Source: Candidatus Dormiibacterota bacterium
Lineage (GTDB): Bacteria; Chloroflexota; Dormibacteria; Aeolococcales; Bog-877
NCBI GenBank assembly: GCA_027306655.1
Contig: DAHUZL010000143.1
Span: 10,645 to 74,644, forward strand
Direction of reading: 5' to 3'
DNA length: 64,000 nucleotides
This document shows positions 26,839 to 35,350 of the stretch, piece after piece. The notes beneath the pieces were generated by a model. The model was not told the origin of the DNA, did no database searches, and was given only the letters and a program-made list of their open reading frames with translations. A program made the position numbers and the translations under genes. Within the stretch, counting starts at the first letter, position 1. Every line of letters begins with the position of its first letter.

Positions 26839-27840
26839 ATGACGCCGGTGACGGTGGCGGACGTGTTCTGCCGCGACGGCCTGCAGGCGCTCCGTCACGA
26901 GTCGGGGTGGCGGGTGCCCACCACCGCGGAGAAGGTCGAGGTCATCGGCGCCCTCGACCGGGCCGGGGTGGCCGAGATCGAGATCACCGGCTTTGCCCAC
27001 CCGCGCGTGATCCCGAGCCTCGCCGATGCGGAGGAGGTGGCGCGCGCGGTCCTCGCCGCGCCTCACCAGGCCGTCTTCCGAGCCCTGGTGCCCAACCTGC
27101 GGGGCGCGGAGCGGGCCCTCGACGCCGGGCTGGGCAAGCTGGTCGGGCTGGTGGTTCTGAGCGAAACCTATGAGCGTCTGAACGCCAACCGCTCGGTGGC
27201 GGAGGGCCTGGACGAGCTCGACCGGGTCGCCCGGCGGGCGGCCCGCGACGGGGCCACCCTGGCGGTCGGCGTCGCCACCGCGTTCCACTGCCCCTACGAG
27301 GGGCTGGAGCCGGAGGCGGCGCTGCTCCAGCTGCTGGAGCGCGTCGCCGCCTGCGGCGTCACCGAGGTCGTGCTCGCCGACAGCGTCGGCCTGGCCGGGC
27401 CCAGGCTGGTGCGGGAGCGGTGCGCCGCGGTGCGCGCCCGCTTCCCCCGGCTCGGGCTGGGGCTGCACCTGCACAACCTGGGCGGTCTCGCCCTCGCCTG
27501 CGCCCTCGCCGCGGCGGAGTCCGGCGTCGACCGATTCGACGGCTCGGTCGGCGGCTTCGGCAGCGGGATCACGATGCCGGTGGCGGCGGCTCGGATCGGC
27601 AACGTGGCGACCGAGGACCTGGTGGCGCTGTTCGAGGGCTCCGGCTTCTCCACCGGGATCGACCCCGCCGCCATCAGCGCGCTGGGCGCGTCCGTGCAGC
27701 GGATGCTGGGCGCTCCCGGCGGCAGCTACGCGGCCGGGTACGGGACGGTGGCCCAGGTGCTGGCGCAGGGACGCGAGGCGCTGCCCGCCCTGCGAGCGGC
27801 TCCGCCCGGGTCCTCCCGCCGCCAGGAGGTCGCGCCATGA
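26839..27840 (+). CDS. HMG-CoA-lyase-like (HMGL/DRE-TIM) acyl-CoA lyase
   Basis: VADVFCRDGLQ..., EIEITGFAHPR, LHLHNLGGLALACALAAAESGVDRFDGSVGGFG: DRE-TIM metallolyase family (HMG-CoA lyase / (R)-citramalyl-CoA lyase). Confidence 0.8.
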   Translation: MTPVTVADVFCRDGLQALRHESGWRVPTTAEKVEVIGALDRAGVAEIEITGFAHPRVIPSLADAEEVARAVLAAPHQAVFRALVPNLRGAERALDAGLGKLVGLVVLSETYERLNANRSVAEGLDELDRVARRAARDGATLAVGVATAFHCPYEGLEPEAALLQLLERVAACGVTEVVLADSVGLAGPRLVRERCAAVRARFPRLGLGLHLHNLGGLALACALAAAESGVDRFDGSVGGFGSGITMPVAAARIGNVATEDLVALFEGSGFSTGIDPAAISALGASVQRMLGAPGGSYAAGYGTVAQVLAQGREALPALRAAPPGSSRRQEVAP

Positions 27841-28583
27841 GCCAGGTGCGGCTGGCGCTGGGGGAGCCCGTCAGGGTCCGCCGGGAGTCCGCCGGACAGG
27901 CGATCTACCGTCTCCTGCGCGACGCCGTGATCCAGCGCCGGCTGGCGCCGTCGACCCGGCTGCTGGAGCCGGAGCTGGCGGTGAGCCTCTCGGTCAGCCG
28001 CACCCCGGTGCGGGAGGCGCTGCGGCTGCTGGAGGCGGAGGGGTACGTGGAGCGACTGCCCGGGGGCGGTCTGGTCGTGGCCGGGATCGATCCCCAGGAC
28101 GTCCGCGAGCTCTACGACGTGCGCCTGACCCTGGAGATGATGGTCGCGCGCCAGGCGGCTCAGCGGGCCACCGTCCACGACGTCCACGCCCTCATCGACC
28201 TGGTCGACCGCCTGAGCCGCCTCACCCTGGAGCCCGAGGAGGCCCTCCGCCTCGGCGACGTCTTCCACGACCACCTGGCCCAGCTGGCCGGCAACCGACG
28301 CTGCCAGGAGATGGTCCACCACATGCGCAACCACATCGACCGCTACCGGGCGGCCGGGTCGCTGGCTGCCCCGGGGCGGGTGGAGCGCGCCGCCGCCGAG
28401 CACCGCCGGGTGGTGGAGGCGATCGCCCAGGGCAACCCGGTGGGCGCGGCGCGGGCGATGCGGGCGCACATCCGGGCCGAGGCCCAGGCCTGCATCGCGG
28501 CCGTCGACCGCGACCATCGCCCTGGTGTCCCTGCGGGCGGGCTGGGCTCCCGGCTGGAGGTGCTCGGCGCCGGCTGCGGCTGA
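27837..28583 (+). CDS. GntR-family transcriptional regulator (FadR/FCD subfamily), second copy
   Basis: wHTH (IYRLLRDAVIQRRLAPSTRLLEPELAVSLSVSRTPVREALRLLEAEGYV) plus FCD domain. ATGA overlap with upstream gene, CAGGAGG RBS. Confidence 0.8.
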   Translation: MSQVRLALGEPVRVRRESAGQAIYRLLRDAVIQRRLAPSTRLLEPELAVSLSVSRTPVREALRLLEAEGYVERLPGGGLVVAGIDPQDVRELYDVRLTLEMMVARQAAQRATVHDVHALIDLVDRLSRLTLEPEEALRLGDVFHDHLAQLAGNRRCQEMVHHMRNHIDRYRAAGSLAAPGRVERAAAEHRRVVEAIAQGNPVGAARAMRAHIRAEAQACIAAVDRDHRPGVPAGGLGSRLEVLGAGCG

Positions 28584-28623
28584 GCGAGGGGACCGCGGCC
28601 GGGGCGCCGCGGCGATCGGGATC

Positions 28624-28629
28624 TAGAAT
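28624..28629 (+). promoter_or_regulatory. Putative -10 hexamer (TAGAAT) for rel
   Basis: gatcTAGAATttaccc 13 nt upstream of the rel ATG, implying a very short leader. Confidence 0.35.
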
Positions 28630-28642
28630 TTACCCGAGAACC

Positions 28643-30793
28643 ATGGACTCCGGGCAGCTCGCGCCGCGCCTCGCCTATCTCGGCCCGGCCGACCGGGAGC
28701 GGGTGGCGCGGGCCCATGCCCTCGCGGCCCGCGCCCACGAGGGCCAGCGGCGGCTGTCGGGCGATCCCTACCTGGTCCACCCGGAGGCGGTGGCCTCCAC
28801 GCTTGCCGACCTCCACCTCGACGCCGACGCGATCGCCGCCGCCCTCCTCCACGACGTGCTCGAGGACACCGACGTCACCGCCGAGACGCTCCGCCAGGAG
28901 TTCGGCCCCACGGTGGAGAAGCTGGTCCAGGGGGTGACCAAGCTGGGGCGCATCCACGCCCGGCCGGAGGGCCAGGCCCAGGCCGAGAACATCCGCAAGA
29001 TGCTGATCGCGATGGCTGAGGACCTTCGCGTGGTCCTGATCAAGCTCGGCGACCGGCTCCACAACATGCGGACCATCGCCCCCCTGGAGGCGTCCAAGCG
29101 GCGCCGGATCGCCCAGGAGACGGTCGACATCTACGCCCCCCTGGCGCACCGGCTGGGGATGTGGCAGATGAAGGCGGAACTCGAGGACCTGGCCATGGCG
29201 GTGCTCGACCCCGAGGGCTTCGAGGCGGTCACCCGCGCGATCGCCTCGCACCGGCGCGAGCGCGAGCACGTCCTCGGCCACGCCCGCTCGCTGCTGCTGG
29301 GGGAGCTGCGCCAGACCGGGATCGACGCCGAGATCAGCGGCCGTCCCAAGCACGCCGCCAGCGTCCTGCGCAAGATGGGTCAGCAGGGCAAGAGCCTGGA
29401 GGAGATCTACGATCTGGTTGCGATCCGGGTGGTGTGCGAGGATGTGCGCGGCTGCTACGGGGCGCTGGGGGTGGTGCACACGCTGTGGAAGCCGATCCCG
29501 GGCCGCTTCAAGGACTACGTGGCGATGCCCAAGGGCAACGGCTACCAGTCGCTCCACACCACCGTGGTCGGTGCCGCCGGCGAGCCGATGGAGATCCAGA
29601 TCCGCACCGCGGCCATGCACCGCACCGCCGAGGAGGGGATCGCCGCCCACTGGCACTACAAGGAGTCCTCGGCGGGCGACCCCCGTCTCGACGAGCGCTT
29701 CTCCTGGCTGCGGGCCCTGCTGGAGTGGCAGAAGGAGATGCTGGACGCGGAGCGCTTCGTCGAGAACGTCAAGCTCGACATCTTCCCCGACGAGGTTTTC
29801 GTCTTCACCCCCACCGGGGAGGTGCGCTCGCTGCCGGCGGGGTCCACCCCGATCGACTTCGCCTACCGGATTCACACCGATGTCGGGCACCGCTGCCTGG
29901 GGGCCAAGGTCAACTCGCGGATGGTCCCGCTCGACCACCGGTTGGAGAACGGCGACATCGTCGAGGTCCTCACCACCCGCTCTGAGCGGCACGGTCCCAG
30001 CCGCGACTGGCTCAATTTCGTCAAGACCAGCAGCGCGCGGGACAAGATCCGCCAGTGGTTCAAGCGTCAGCGCCGCGAGGAGAACGTCGCTCGCGGGCGC
30101 GAGCTGCTGGAGCGCGAGCTGCGCCGTCTGCGGGGCCAGAGCCTGGGCCAGGTCACCCTGGAGCGGATGGCCGACACCGCCCGCGAGTTCCGCTATCCGG
30201 AGGTCCCCGACTTCCTCGCCGCGATCGGCTACGGTGAGCTCAGCCCCCGCACCGTGGTGCTGCGCTGGGCCGCCGGCGACGACGGCGAGGCGGCCGGCGA
30301 CGGGGCAGTCCCCCGGCTCACGATCCCGATCGTCTCCCGCCCCGCCGGCGAGGAAGCGGTGCGGGTGCGCGGCGTGGACAACGTCCTCACCACCCTGGCG
30401 CAGTGCTGCCGGCCGGTCCCCGGCGAGCCCATCCGCGGCTACGTGACCCGGGGGCGAGGCGTCAGCGTGCACCGCGCCGGCTGCAGCAACCTGCGCCACG
30501 GGACCGAGCCCGACCGCCTGCTCGAGGTGGAATGGGCGGAGGCGCCGCGCCAGGTGTTCCCGGTGTCGCTCACGATCGAGGCCTGGGACCGGACCGGCCT
30601 GCTCCGCGATGTGGCCACCGTGATCGCGGAGAGCCGGGTCAACCTCAGCGGCGCCGCGGTCGAGGTGCGCGGCGACCACACCGCGGTGATCTCGACCGTG
30701 GTCGAGATCACCAGCCTCACCCAGCTCAGCCGGCTCCTGGAGAAGCTGGAGGCGGTCCGCGACGTCCACACGGTGGTGCGCGTCTCCGGCTGA
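28643..30793 (+). CDS. rel: Bifunctional (p)ppGpp synthetase/hydrolase Rel
   Basis: HD hydrolase domain (HPEAVASTLADLHLD...HDVLEDT), synthetase domain (RVKHLYSIYRKM-like: GRPKHAASVLRKM), TGS and ACT C-terminal domains. 716 aa. Confidence 0.95.
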   Translation: MDSGQLAPRLAYLGPADRERVARAHALAARAHEGQRRLSGDPYLVHPEAVASTLADLHLDADAIAAALLHDVLEDTDVTAETLRQEFGPTVEKLVQGVTKLGRIHARPEGQAQAENIRKMLIAMAEDLRVVLIKLGDRLHNMRTIAPLEASKRRRIAQETVDIYAPLAHRLGMWQMKAELEDLAMAVLDPEGFEAVTRAIASHRREREHVLGHARSLLLGELRQTGIDAEISGRPKHAASVLRKMGQQGKSLEEIYDLVAIRVVCEDVRGCYGALGVVHTLWKPIPGRFKDYVAMPKGNGYQSLHTTVVGAAGEPMEIQIRTAAMHRTAEEGIAAHWHYKESSAGDPRLDERFSWLRALLEWQKEMLDAERFVENVKLDIFPDEVFVFTPTGEVRSLPAGSTPIDFAYRIHTDVGHRCLGAKVNSRMVPLDHRLENGDIVEVLTTRSERHGPSRDWLNFVKTSSARDKIRQWFKRQRREENVARGRELLERELRRLRGQSLGQVTLERMADTAREFRYPEVPDFLAAIGYGELSPRTVVLRWAAGDDGEAAGDGAVPRLTIPIVSRPAGEEAVRVRGVDNVLTTLAQCCRPVPGEPIRGYVTRGRGVSVHRAGCSNLRHGTEPDRLLEVEWAEAPRQVFPVSLTIEAWDRTGLLRDVATVIAESRVNLSGAAVEVRGDHTAVISTVVEITSLTQLSRLLEKLEAVRDVHTVVRVSG

Positions 30794-30832
30794 CCCGGGC
30801 CGCGCCAGGCGGACGCGCCCACGCCCGCCCCG

Positions 30833-30838
30833 TAGACT
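30833..30838 (+). promoter_or_regulatory. Putative -10 hexamer (cgTAGACTgg) for hisS
   Basis: AT-rich hexamer 10 nt upstream of the hisS ATG. Confidence 0.3.
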
Positions 30839-30848
30839 GGCGGGACCG

Positions 30849-32123
30849 ATGACGTCCATCCAGCGTCTCCGCGGCACCGCCGACTGGCTCCCCGACGACC
30901 TCGCCCGTCTGCGCCGGGTGGAGGCGTCGGGGCTGGCGGCGGCGGCGCGCTTCGGGTACCGGGAGATCGCCACGCCGGTGATCGAGCCCACCGAGCTGTT
31001 CACCCGCGCGGTGGGCGACACGACCGACATCGTCACCCACCAGATGTACACCTTCACCGACCTCGGCGGGCGCAGCGTCACGCTCCGTCCGGAGGGGACG
31101 GCGGCGGTGCTGCGGGCCTTCGCGGAGGGACCGCTGCGGCAGGCGCCCCGACCGGTCCGGCTCAGCTACACCGGTCCGATGTTCCGCCACGACCGCCCCG
31201 GTCGGGGCCGCTACCGGCAGTTCCATCAGCTCGGGGTGGAGGCGATCGGGGAGGCGGACCCGGAGCTGGACGCGGAGGTGATCGCGGTCGCCTGGAGCTG
31301 GCTCGCGGACCTCGGCGTCAGCGGGACCAGCCTGCGTCTCAACAGCATCGGCGACGCCACCTGCCGGCCCGCCTTCCGGGCGGCGCTGCTGGACCATCTC
31401 ACCCCCCACGCCGCCGGACTCAGCCCGCTCGACCAGGAGCGGCTGCGGCGCAATCCGCTGCGGCTGCTCGACACCAAGGACCCGGACCTGCTCAGCCTGC
31501 TCGCCGCCGGCCCCACCATCGCCACCCACCTCTGCCCGGCCTGCCGTGAGGCGCTGGCCCGGGTCGAGGCGGCGCTCGAGGAGTACGGCGTCCCCTACCA
31601 GATCGAGCCCCAGCTGGTGCGCGGGCTCGACTACTACGTCCGCACCGCCTTCGAGGTCTGGCACGCCGGCCTCGAGGGTGCCCAGAACGCCCTCCTCGGC
31701 GGCGGGCGCTACGACGGTCTGCTGGGGACGCTGGGGTATCCCGACGCGCCCGGGGTGGGCTTCGCCGCCGGCCTGGAGCGGATCAGCCTCCTCGCCGCCG
31801 GATCCGCCGCGCCGGCGATCGCCACCATCGCGGTATGCAGCCTCGGCCCGGCGGCGGTCGCGGTCGCGGTCCGGCTCGCCGACGCGCTCCGCCGGCTCGG
31901 CTGCACCGTGGTCGCCGACCTCGGCCCCCGCAGCGCCCGGGCCAAGCTGCGCCGGGCCGACGCCTCCGGCGCGACCGTCGCCTGCCTGGTCGGTGACGAT
32001 GAGGTGGGGCGGAAGACCGTGACGGTGCGCGACCTCCGGGCGGCGACCCAGGCGGAGGTGGCCGTGGCGGATGCGCCCGCCACGGCGGCGGCGCTGGTGG
32101 CCGGCGCGGCGGCGCCGGGATGA
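30849..32123 (+). CDS. hisS: Histidine--tRNA ligase
   Basis: Class II motifs (RGTADWLPDD; FRHDRPGRGRYRQFHQLGVE; GGRYDGL; GFAAGLERI). Downstream of rel as in many bacteria. Confidence 0.95.
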   Translation: MTSIQRLRGTADWLPDDLARLRRVEASGLAAAARFGYREIATPVIEPTELFTRAVGDTTDIVTHQMYTFTDLGGRSVTLRPEGTAAVLRAFAEGPLRQAPRPVRLSYTGPMFRHDRPGRGRYRQFHQLGVEAIGEADPELDAEVIAVAWSWLADLGVSGTSLRLNSIGDATCRPAFRAALLDHLTPHAAGLSPLDQERLRRNPLRLLDTKDPDLLSLLAAGPTIATHLCPACREALARVEAALEEYGVPYQIEPQLVRGLDYYVRTAFEVWHAGLEGAQNALLGGGRYDGLLGTLGYPDAPGVGFAAGLERISLLAAGSAAPAIATIAVCSLGPAAVAVAVRLADALRRLGCTVVADLGPRSARAKLRRADASGATVACLVGDDEVGRKTVTVRDLRAATQAEVAVADAPATAAALVAGAAAPG

Positions 32124-33934
32124 GCGAGCGGCGCTGGCTCGGCACCATCGGCCTGCCGGACGTCGGCGGGGAGCTCACCGTGGCGGGGTGGGTGCACCAC
32201 CGCCGCGACCACGGCGGGCTGACCTTCCTCGACCTGCGCGACCACACCGGGCTGCTCCAGGTGGTGGTGAACCCGGCCGCGGCCGCCGAGGCGCACCGTG
32301 TGGTCCAGCGGTGCCGGCTGGAGTTCGTTGTCGAGGTGACGGGGACGGTGGGGCGGCGTCCGGCGGGGAGCGAGAACCCGCAGCTGGCGACCGGGTCGGT
32401 GGAGCTGGCGGCGAGGCGGGTGGTGGTGCTGAGCGCGGCCGAGCCGTCCCCCTTCGCGATCGATGACGAGCGTGCGGTGGACGAGGCCGTGCGCCTGCAG
32501 TACCGCTACCTCGACCTCCGCCGCCCCCGGATGCAGCGCAACCTGCGCGCCCGCCACCGCTTCGTCGCCGGCCTGCGCCGCAGCGCCGATGCGCTGGGGT
32601 TCGTCGAGGTGGAGACCCCCACCCTGGTCCCCAGCACCCCCGAGGGGGCGCGCGACTTCCTCGTCCCCAGCCGGCTCCGCCCCGGCCACGTGTGGGCGCT
32701 GCCGCAGTCGCCCCAGCTTTACAAGCAGCTCTGCATGGTGGGGGGGCTGGACCGCTACATCCAGATTGCCCGCTGCTGGCGCGACGAGGACCTCCGCGCC
32801 GACCGCCAGTTCGAGTTCACCCAGCTCGACGTCGAGATGGCGTTCGTGGAGGAGGCGGACATCTTCCTGGCGGTGGAGCGGATGATCGCCGATGCCTGGG
32901 AGCTGGCCTTCGGGAGCCGGCCCCCGACCCCCTGGCCGCGACTCAGCTGGGCCGATGCGGTCGCCCGCTTCGGCACCGACAAGCCGGACACCCGCTTCGG
33001 CGCCGAGCTGGTGACGGTGCAGGACGCGTTCCCGGCGACCGAGCTCCGGCTGGTCCGGTCCGCCCTGGCGGCCGGCGGGACGGTGCGGGCGATCCGGGTC
33101 GCCGGGGGGGCATCGATCCCGCGCGCGGAGCTGGAGGGACCCTGGCAGGAGCTGGCCCGCGCCCACGGCGCCGGCGGGGTGGCGGCGCTGGAGCGACGGG
33201 CGGACGGGTGGCAGGGTCCGATCGCCAGGAGCTGCAGCGAGCCGGAGCTCCAGCGGCTGGGCGCCATGACCGGCGCCCGGCCGGGCGACCTGGTCTGCCT
33301 GGTGGCCGGTGCCGAGCCGGCGGTGGGAGCGGCCCTGGGCGCGCTGCGGACCCACGCCGCCCGCCGCCTGGGGTGGGCCCCCGAGGGCCGGTTCGACTTC
33401 CTCTGGGTGACCGAGTTCCCGATGTTCGAGCTGGGGCCCGACGGCGGCCTGCAGCCGCTCCACCACCCCTTCACCCAGCCCCACCCGGACGACTGGGACC
33501 ACCTCGGCACCGATCCCACCCGGGTGCGGTCCCGCGCCTATGACATCGTCTGCAACGGGGTCGAGATCGGCAGCGGCTCGCTGCGGATCACCCGTCCCGA
33601 CCAGCAGGCGGCGGTGTTCCGGGCCCTGGGCCTCAGCGACGAGGAGATCGAGGCCCGGTTCGGCTTCCTCCTCTCCGCGTTCCGCCACGGGGCACCCCCG
33701 CACGGCGGGTTCGCCGCCGGGATCGACCGGCTGGTCATGCTCGGCCTGGGCGAGACCTCGATCCGGGAGGTGATCGCCTTCCCGAAGACCCAGACCGGCC
33801 ACGACCCCATGACCGGGGCGCCCAGCCGGGCCACCCCGGCGCAGCTCGCCGAGGTCGGCCTTCGCCTCGTGGAGCCCCCCGGAGCCGCCCGCTCCGGAGC
33901 GGGCGTCCCGCCCGCCGGCCCCGATGGCGTTTGA
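32120..33934 (+). CDS. aspS: Aspartate--tRNA ligase
   Basis: OB anticodon-binding N-domain, class II motifs (FLDLRDHTG; QSPQLYKQLCMVGG; FDFLWVTEFPMFE; GGFAAGIDRLVMLG). ATGA overlap with hisS. Confidence 0.95.
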   Translation: MSERRWLGTIGLPDVGGELTVAGWVHHRRDHGGLTFLDLRDHTGLLQVVVNPAAAAEAHRVVQRCRLEFVVEVTGTVGRRPAGSENPQLATGSVELAARRVVVLSAAEPSPFAIDDERAVDEAVRLQYRYLDLRRPRMQRNLRARHRFVAGLRRSADALGFVEVETPTLVPSTPEGARDFLVPSRLRPGHVWALPQSPQLYKQLCMVGGLDRYIQIARCWRDEDLRADRQFEFTQLDVEMAFVEEADIFLAVERMIADAWELAFGSRPPTPWPRLSWADAVARFGTDKPDTRFGAELVTVQDAFPATELRLVRSALAAGGTVRAIRVAGGASIPRAELEGPWQELARAHGAGGVAALERRADGWQGPIARSCSEPELQRLGAMTGARPGDLVCLVAGAEPAVGAALGALRTHAARRLGWAPEGRFDFLWVTEFPMFELGPDGGLQPLHHPFTQPHPDDWDHLGTDPTRVRSRAYDIVCNGVEIGSGSLRITRPDQQAAVFRALGLSDEEIEARFGFLLSAFRHGAPPHGGFAAGIDRLVMLGLGETSIREVIAFPKTQTGHDPMTGAPSRATPAQLAEVGLRLVEPPGAARSGAGVPPAGPDGV

Positions 33935-33965
33935 CACCGCCCGTCCTGGGGGAGGATCCCCCGTG

Positions 33966-34460
33966 ATGAGCCGGTCCGCCGCCACCACCGAGCTGCGGAT
34001 CCCCGCCGACCCCGCCTACATCGTGGTCGCCAAGCGCACCGCCGCCGGGCTGGCCAGCGTGGGCGGGTTCGGGGTGGAGGCGGTCGACGAGCTCAACATC
34101 GCGATCGCCCAGGTCTGCGAGCGGACGATCAGCCTGGCCCGCGCGGTGGCCTCGCCCGACGCCACCATGCGGATCTCCTTCCGCCTGGAGGAGACGGTGC
34201 TGACCGTGGACGTGAGGCTCCAGCCGGGCCGGGCCGATCCGGCGGTGCGGGCGCCGGCGACGGTCGCCGCCCCGGGTGGCCGCGCCGCCGGAGCCGAGCC
34301 CGAGGACGCGGGGGCGGCCGGGCGCACGTCCTGGCCGCCGACGCCCGACGCGCTCGACCTCGCCCTCCAGATGATCGGGCTCTTCGCCGATGACGTGCGC
34401 TGCCGGGTGGCCGGCAACGGCCTCCTCCACGTCCGGCTGGCGAAGTACCGCTGGCGCTGA
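33966..34460 (+). CDS. Anti-sigma factor, RsbW/UsfX-like (GHKL ATPase-like serine kinase family)
   Basis: ELRIPADPAYIVVAKRTAAGLASVGGFGVEAVDELNIAIAQVCE resembles the N-terminal region of RsbW/SpoIIAB-type anti-sigma factors. GGGAGG RBS upstream of ATG 33966. Immediately precedes a SigB/F-type sigma factor. Confidence 0.55.
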   Translation: MSRSAATTELRIPADPAYIVVAKRTAAGLASVGGFGVEAVDELNIAIAQVCERTISLARAVASPDATMRISFRLEETVLTVDVRLQPGRADPAVRAPATVAAPGGRAAGAEPEDAGAAGRTSWPPTPDALDLALQMIGLFADDVRCRVAGNGLLHVRLAKYRWR

Positions 34461-35260
34461 CGGGCGCCGGGCTGACCCACCTGGTCACGGCCCCCCGCTA
34501 CGATCGAGTCGCCCAGCGAGCGCTGCTCGCCGAGTACGCGCACACCCGTGCGCCCGCGATCCGGGAGCGGCTGGTCGTGGAGTTCGGCGACCTGGTGCGC
34601 GCCCTGGCGCGCCGCTTCGCCAACCGCGGCGAACCCCTGGAGGACCTCGAGCAGGTGGGCTTCCTGGGGCTGATCGCAGCGATCGAGCGGTTCGACCCCT
34701 CGCGGGAGCTGGAGTTCACGACCTTCGCGACCCCGACCATCCTCGGCGAGATCAAGCGACACTTCCGGGACAAGAGCTGGGCGGTGCGGGTGCCGCGCCG
34801 GCTCCAGGAGACCTACGCGAGGGTGGTGCGGGCGCAGGAGCGCCTCGGCCACGCCCTCGGTCGCGCTCCCGCTGTGATCGAGATCGCCACCGAGCTGGAT
34901 TTGGAGCCGGACGAGGTCCTGGAGGCGATGGAGGTGGGTCCGGCCCAGCGCGCGGTCTCGCTGGAGGCTCCGATCGGCGGGTCCGAGGACGGCCAGGACC
35001 TGGGCGACCGGATCGGTCTGGAGGACCAGAACCTGGCCAAGGTCGAGCTCCAGGACGCGCTCGCCGGGGCGCTCCGCCACCTCACCCCGCGCGAGCGCGA
35101 GATCATGGTCCTGCGCTTCGTCGACCAGCTGCCCCAGACCGAGGTGGCCCGCCGGCTGGGCATCTCCCAGATGCACGTGAGCCGCCTCCAGCGGGCGGCA
35201 CTCGCGCAGCTGAAGCGGGAGCTCCCGGAGGGAGACTCCACCCTGGGGCCTCCATCCTGA
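34457..35260 (+). CDS. Group-3 sigma factor (SigB/SigF family), probable non-canonical CTG start
   Basis: Regions 2-4 present (DLEQVGFLGLIAAIERFD; FATPTILGEIKRHFRDKSWAVRVPRRL; REIMVLRF...QTEVARRLGISQMHVSRL). Conserved N-terminal helix (ERLVVEFGDLVRALARRF) lies upstream of the first canonical start (GTG 34577). No ATG/GTG/TTG in frame back to the stop at 34391, but CTG 34457 overlaps the anti-sigma TGA as CTGA. Confidence 0.6.
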   Translation: MTGAGLTHLVTAPRYDRVAQRALLAEYAHTRAPAIRERLVVEFGDLVRALARRFANRGEPLEDLEQVGFLGLIAAIERFDPSRELEFTTFATPTILGEIKRHFRDKSWAVRVPRRLQETYARVVRAQERLGHALGRAPAVIEIATELDLEPDEVLEAMEVGPAQRAVSLEAPIGGSEDGQDLGDRIGLEDQNLAKVELQDALAGALRHLTPREREIMVLRFVDQLPQTEVARRLGISQMHVSRLQRAALAQLKRELPEGDSTLGPPS

Positions 35261-35313
35261 GCCGGGGGCCGCGGCCCGGGCCGGGGGCGGCCCGGGGCGT
35301 CCGGCGGGCGACT

Positions 35314-35322
35314 GCTAGAATC
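35314..35322 (+). promoter_or_regulatory. Putative extended -10 (TGcTAGAAT) for alaS
   Basis: Only AT-rich element in the 90-nt GC-rich spacer, 28 nt upstream of the GTG start. Confidence 0.35.
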
Positions 35323-35350
35323 CGGCCACCGTCCCTGCTGTGGTGAGCCG

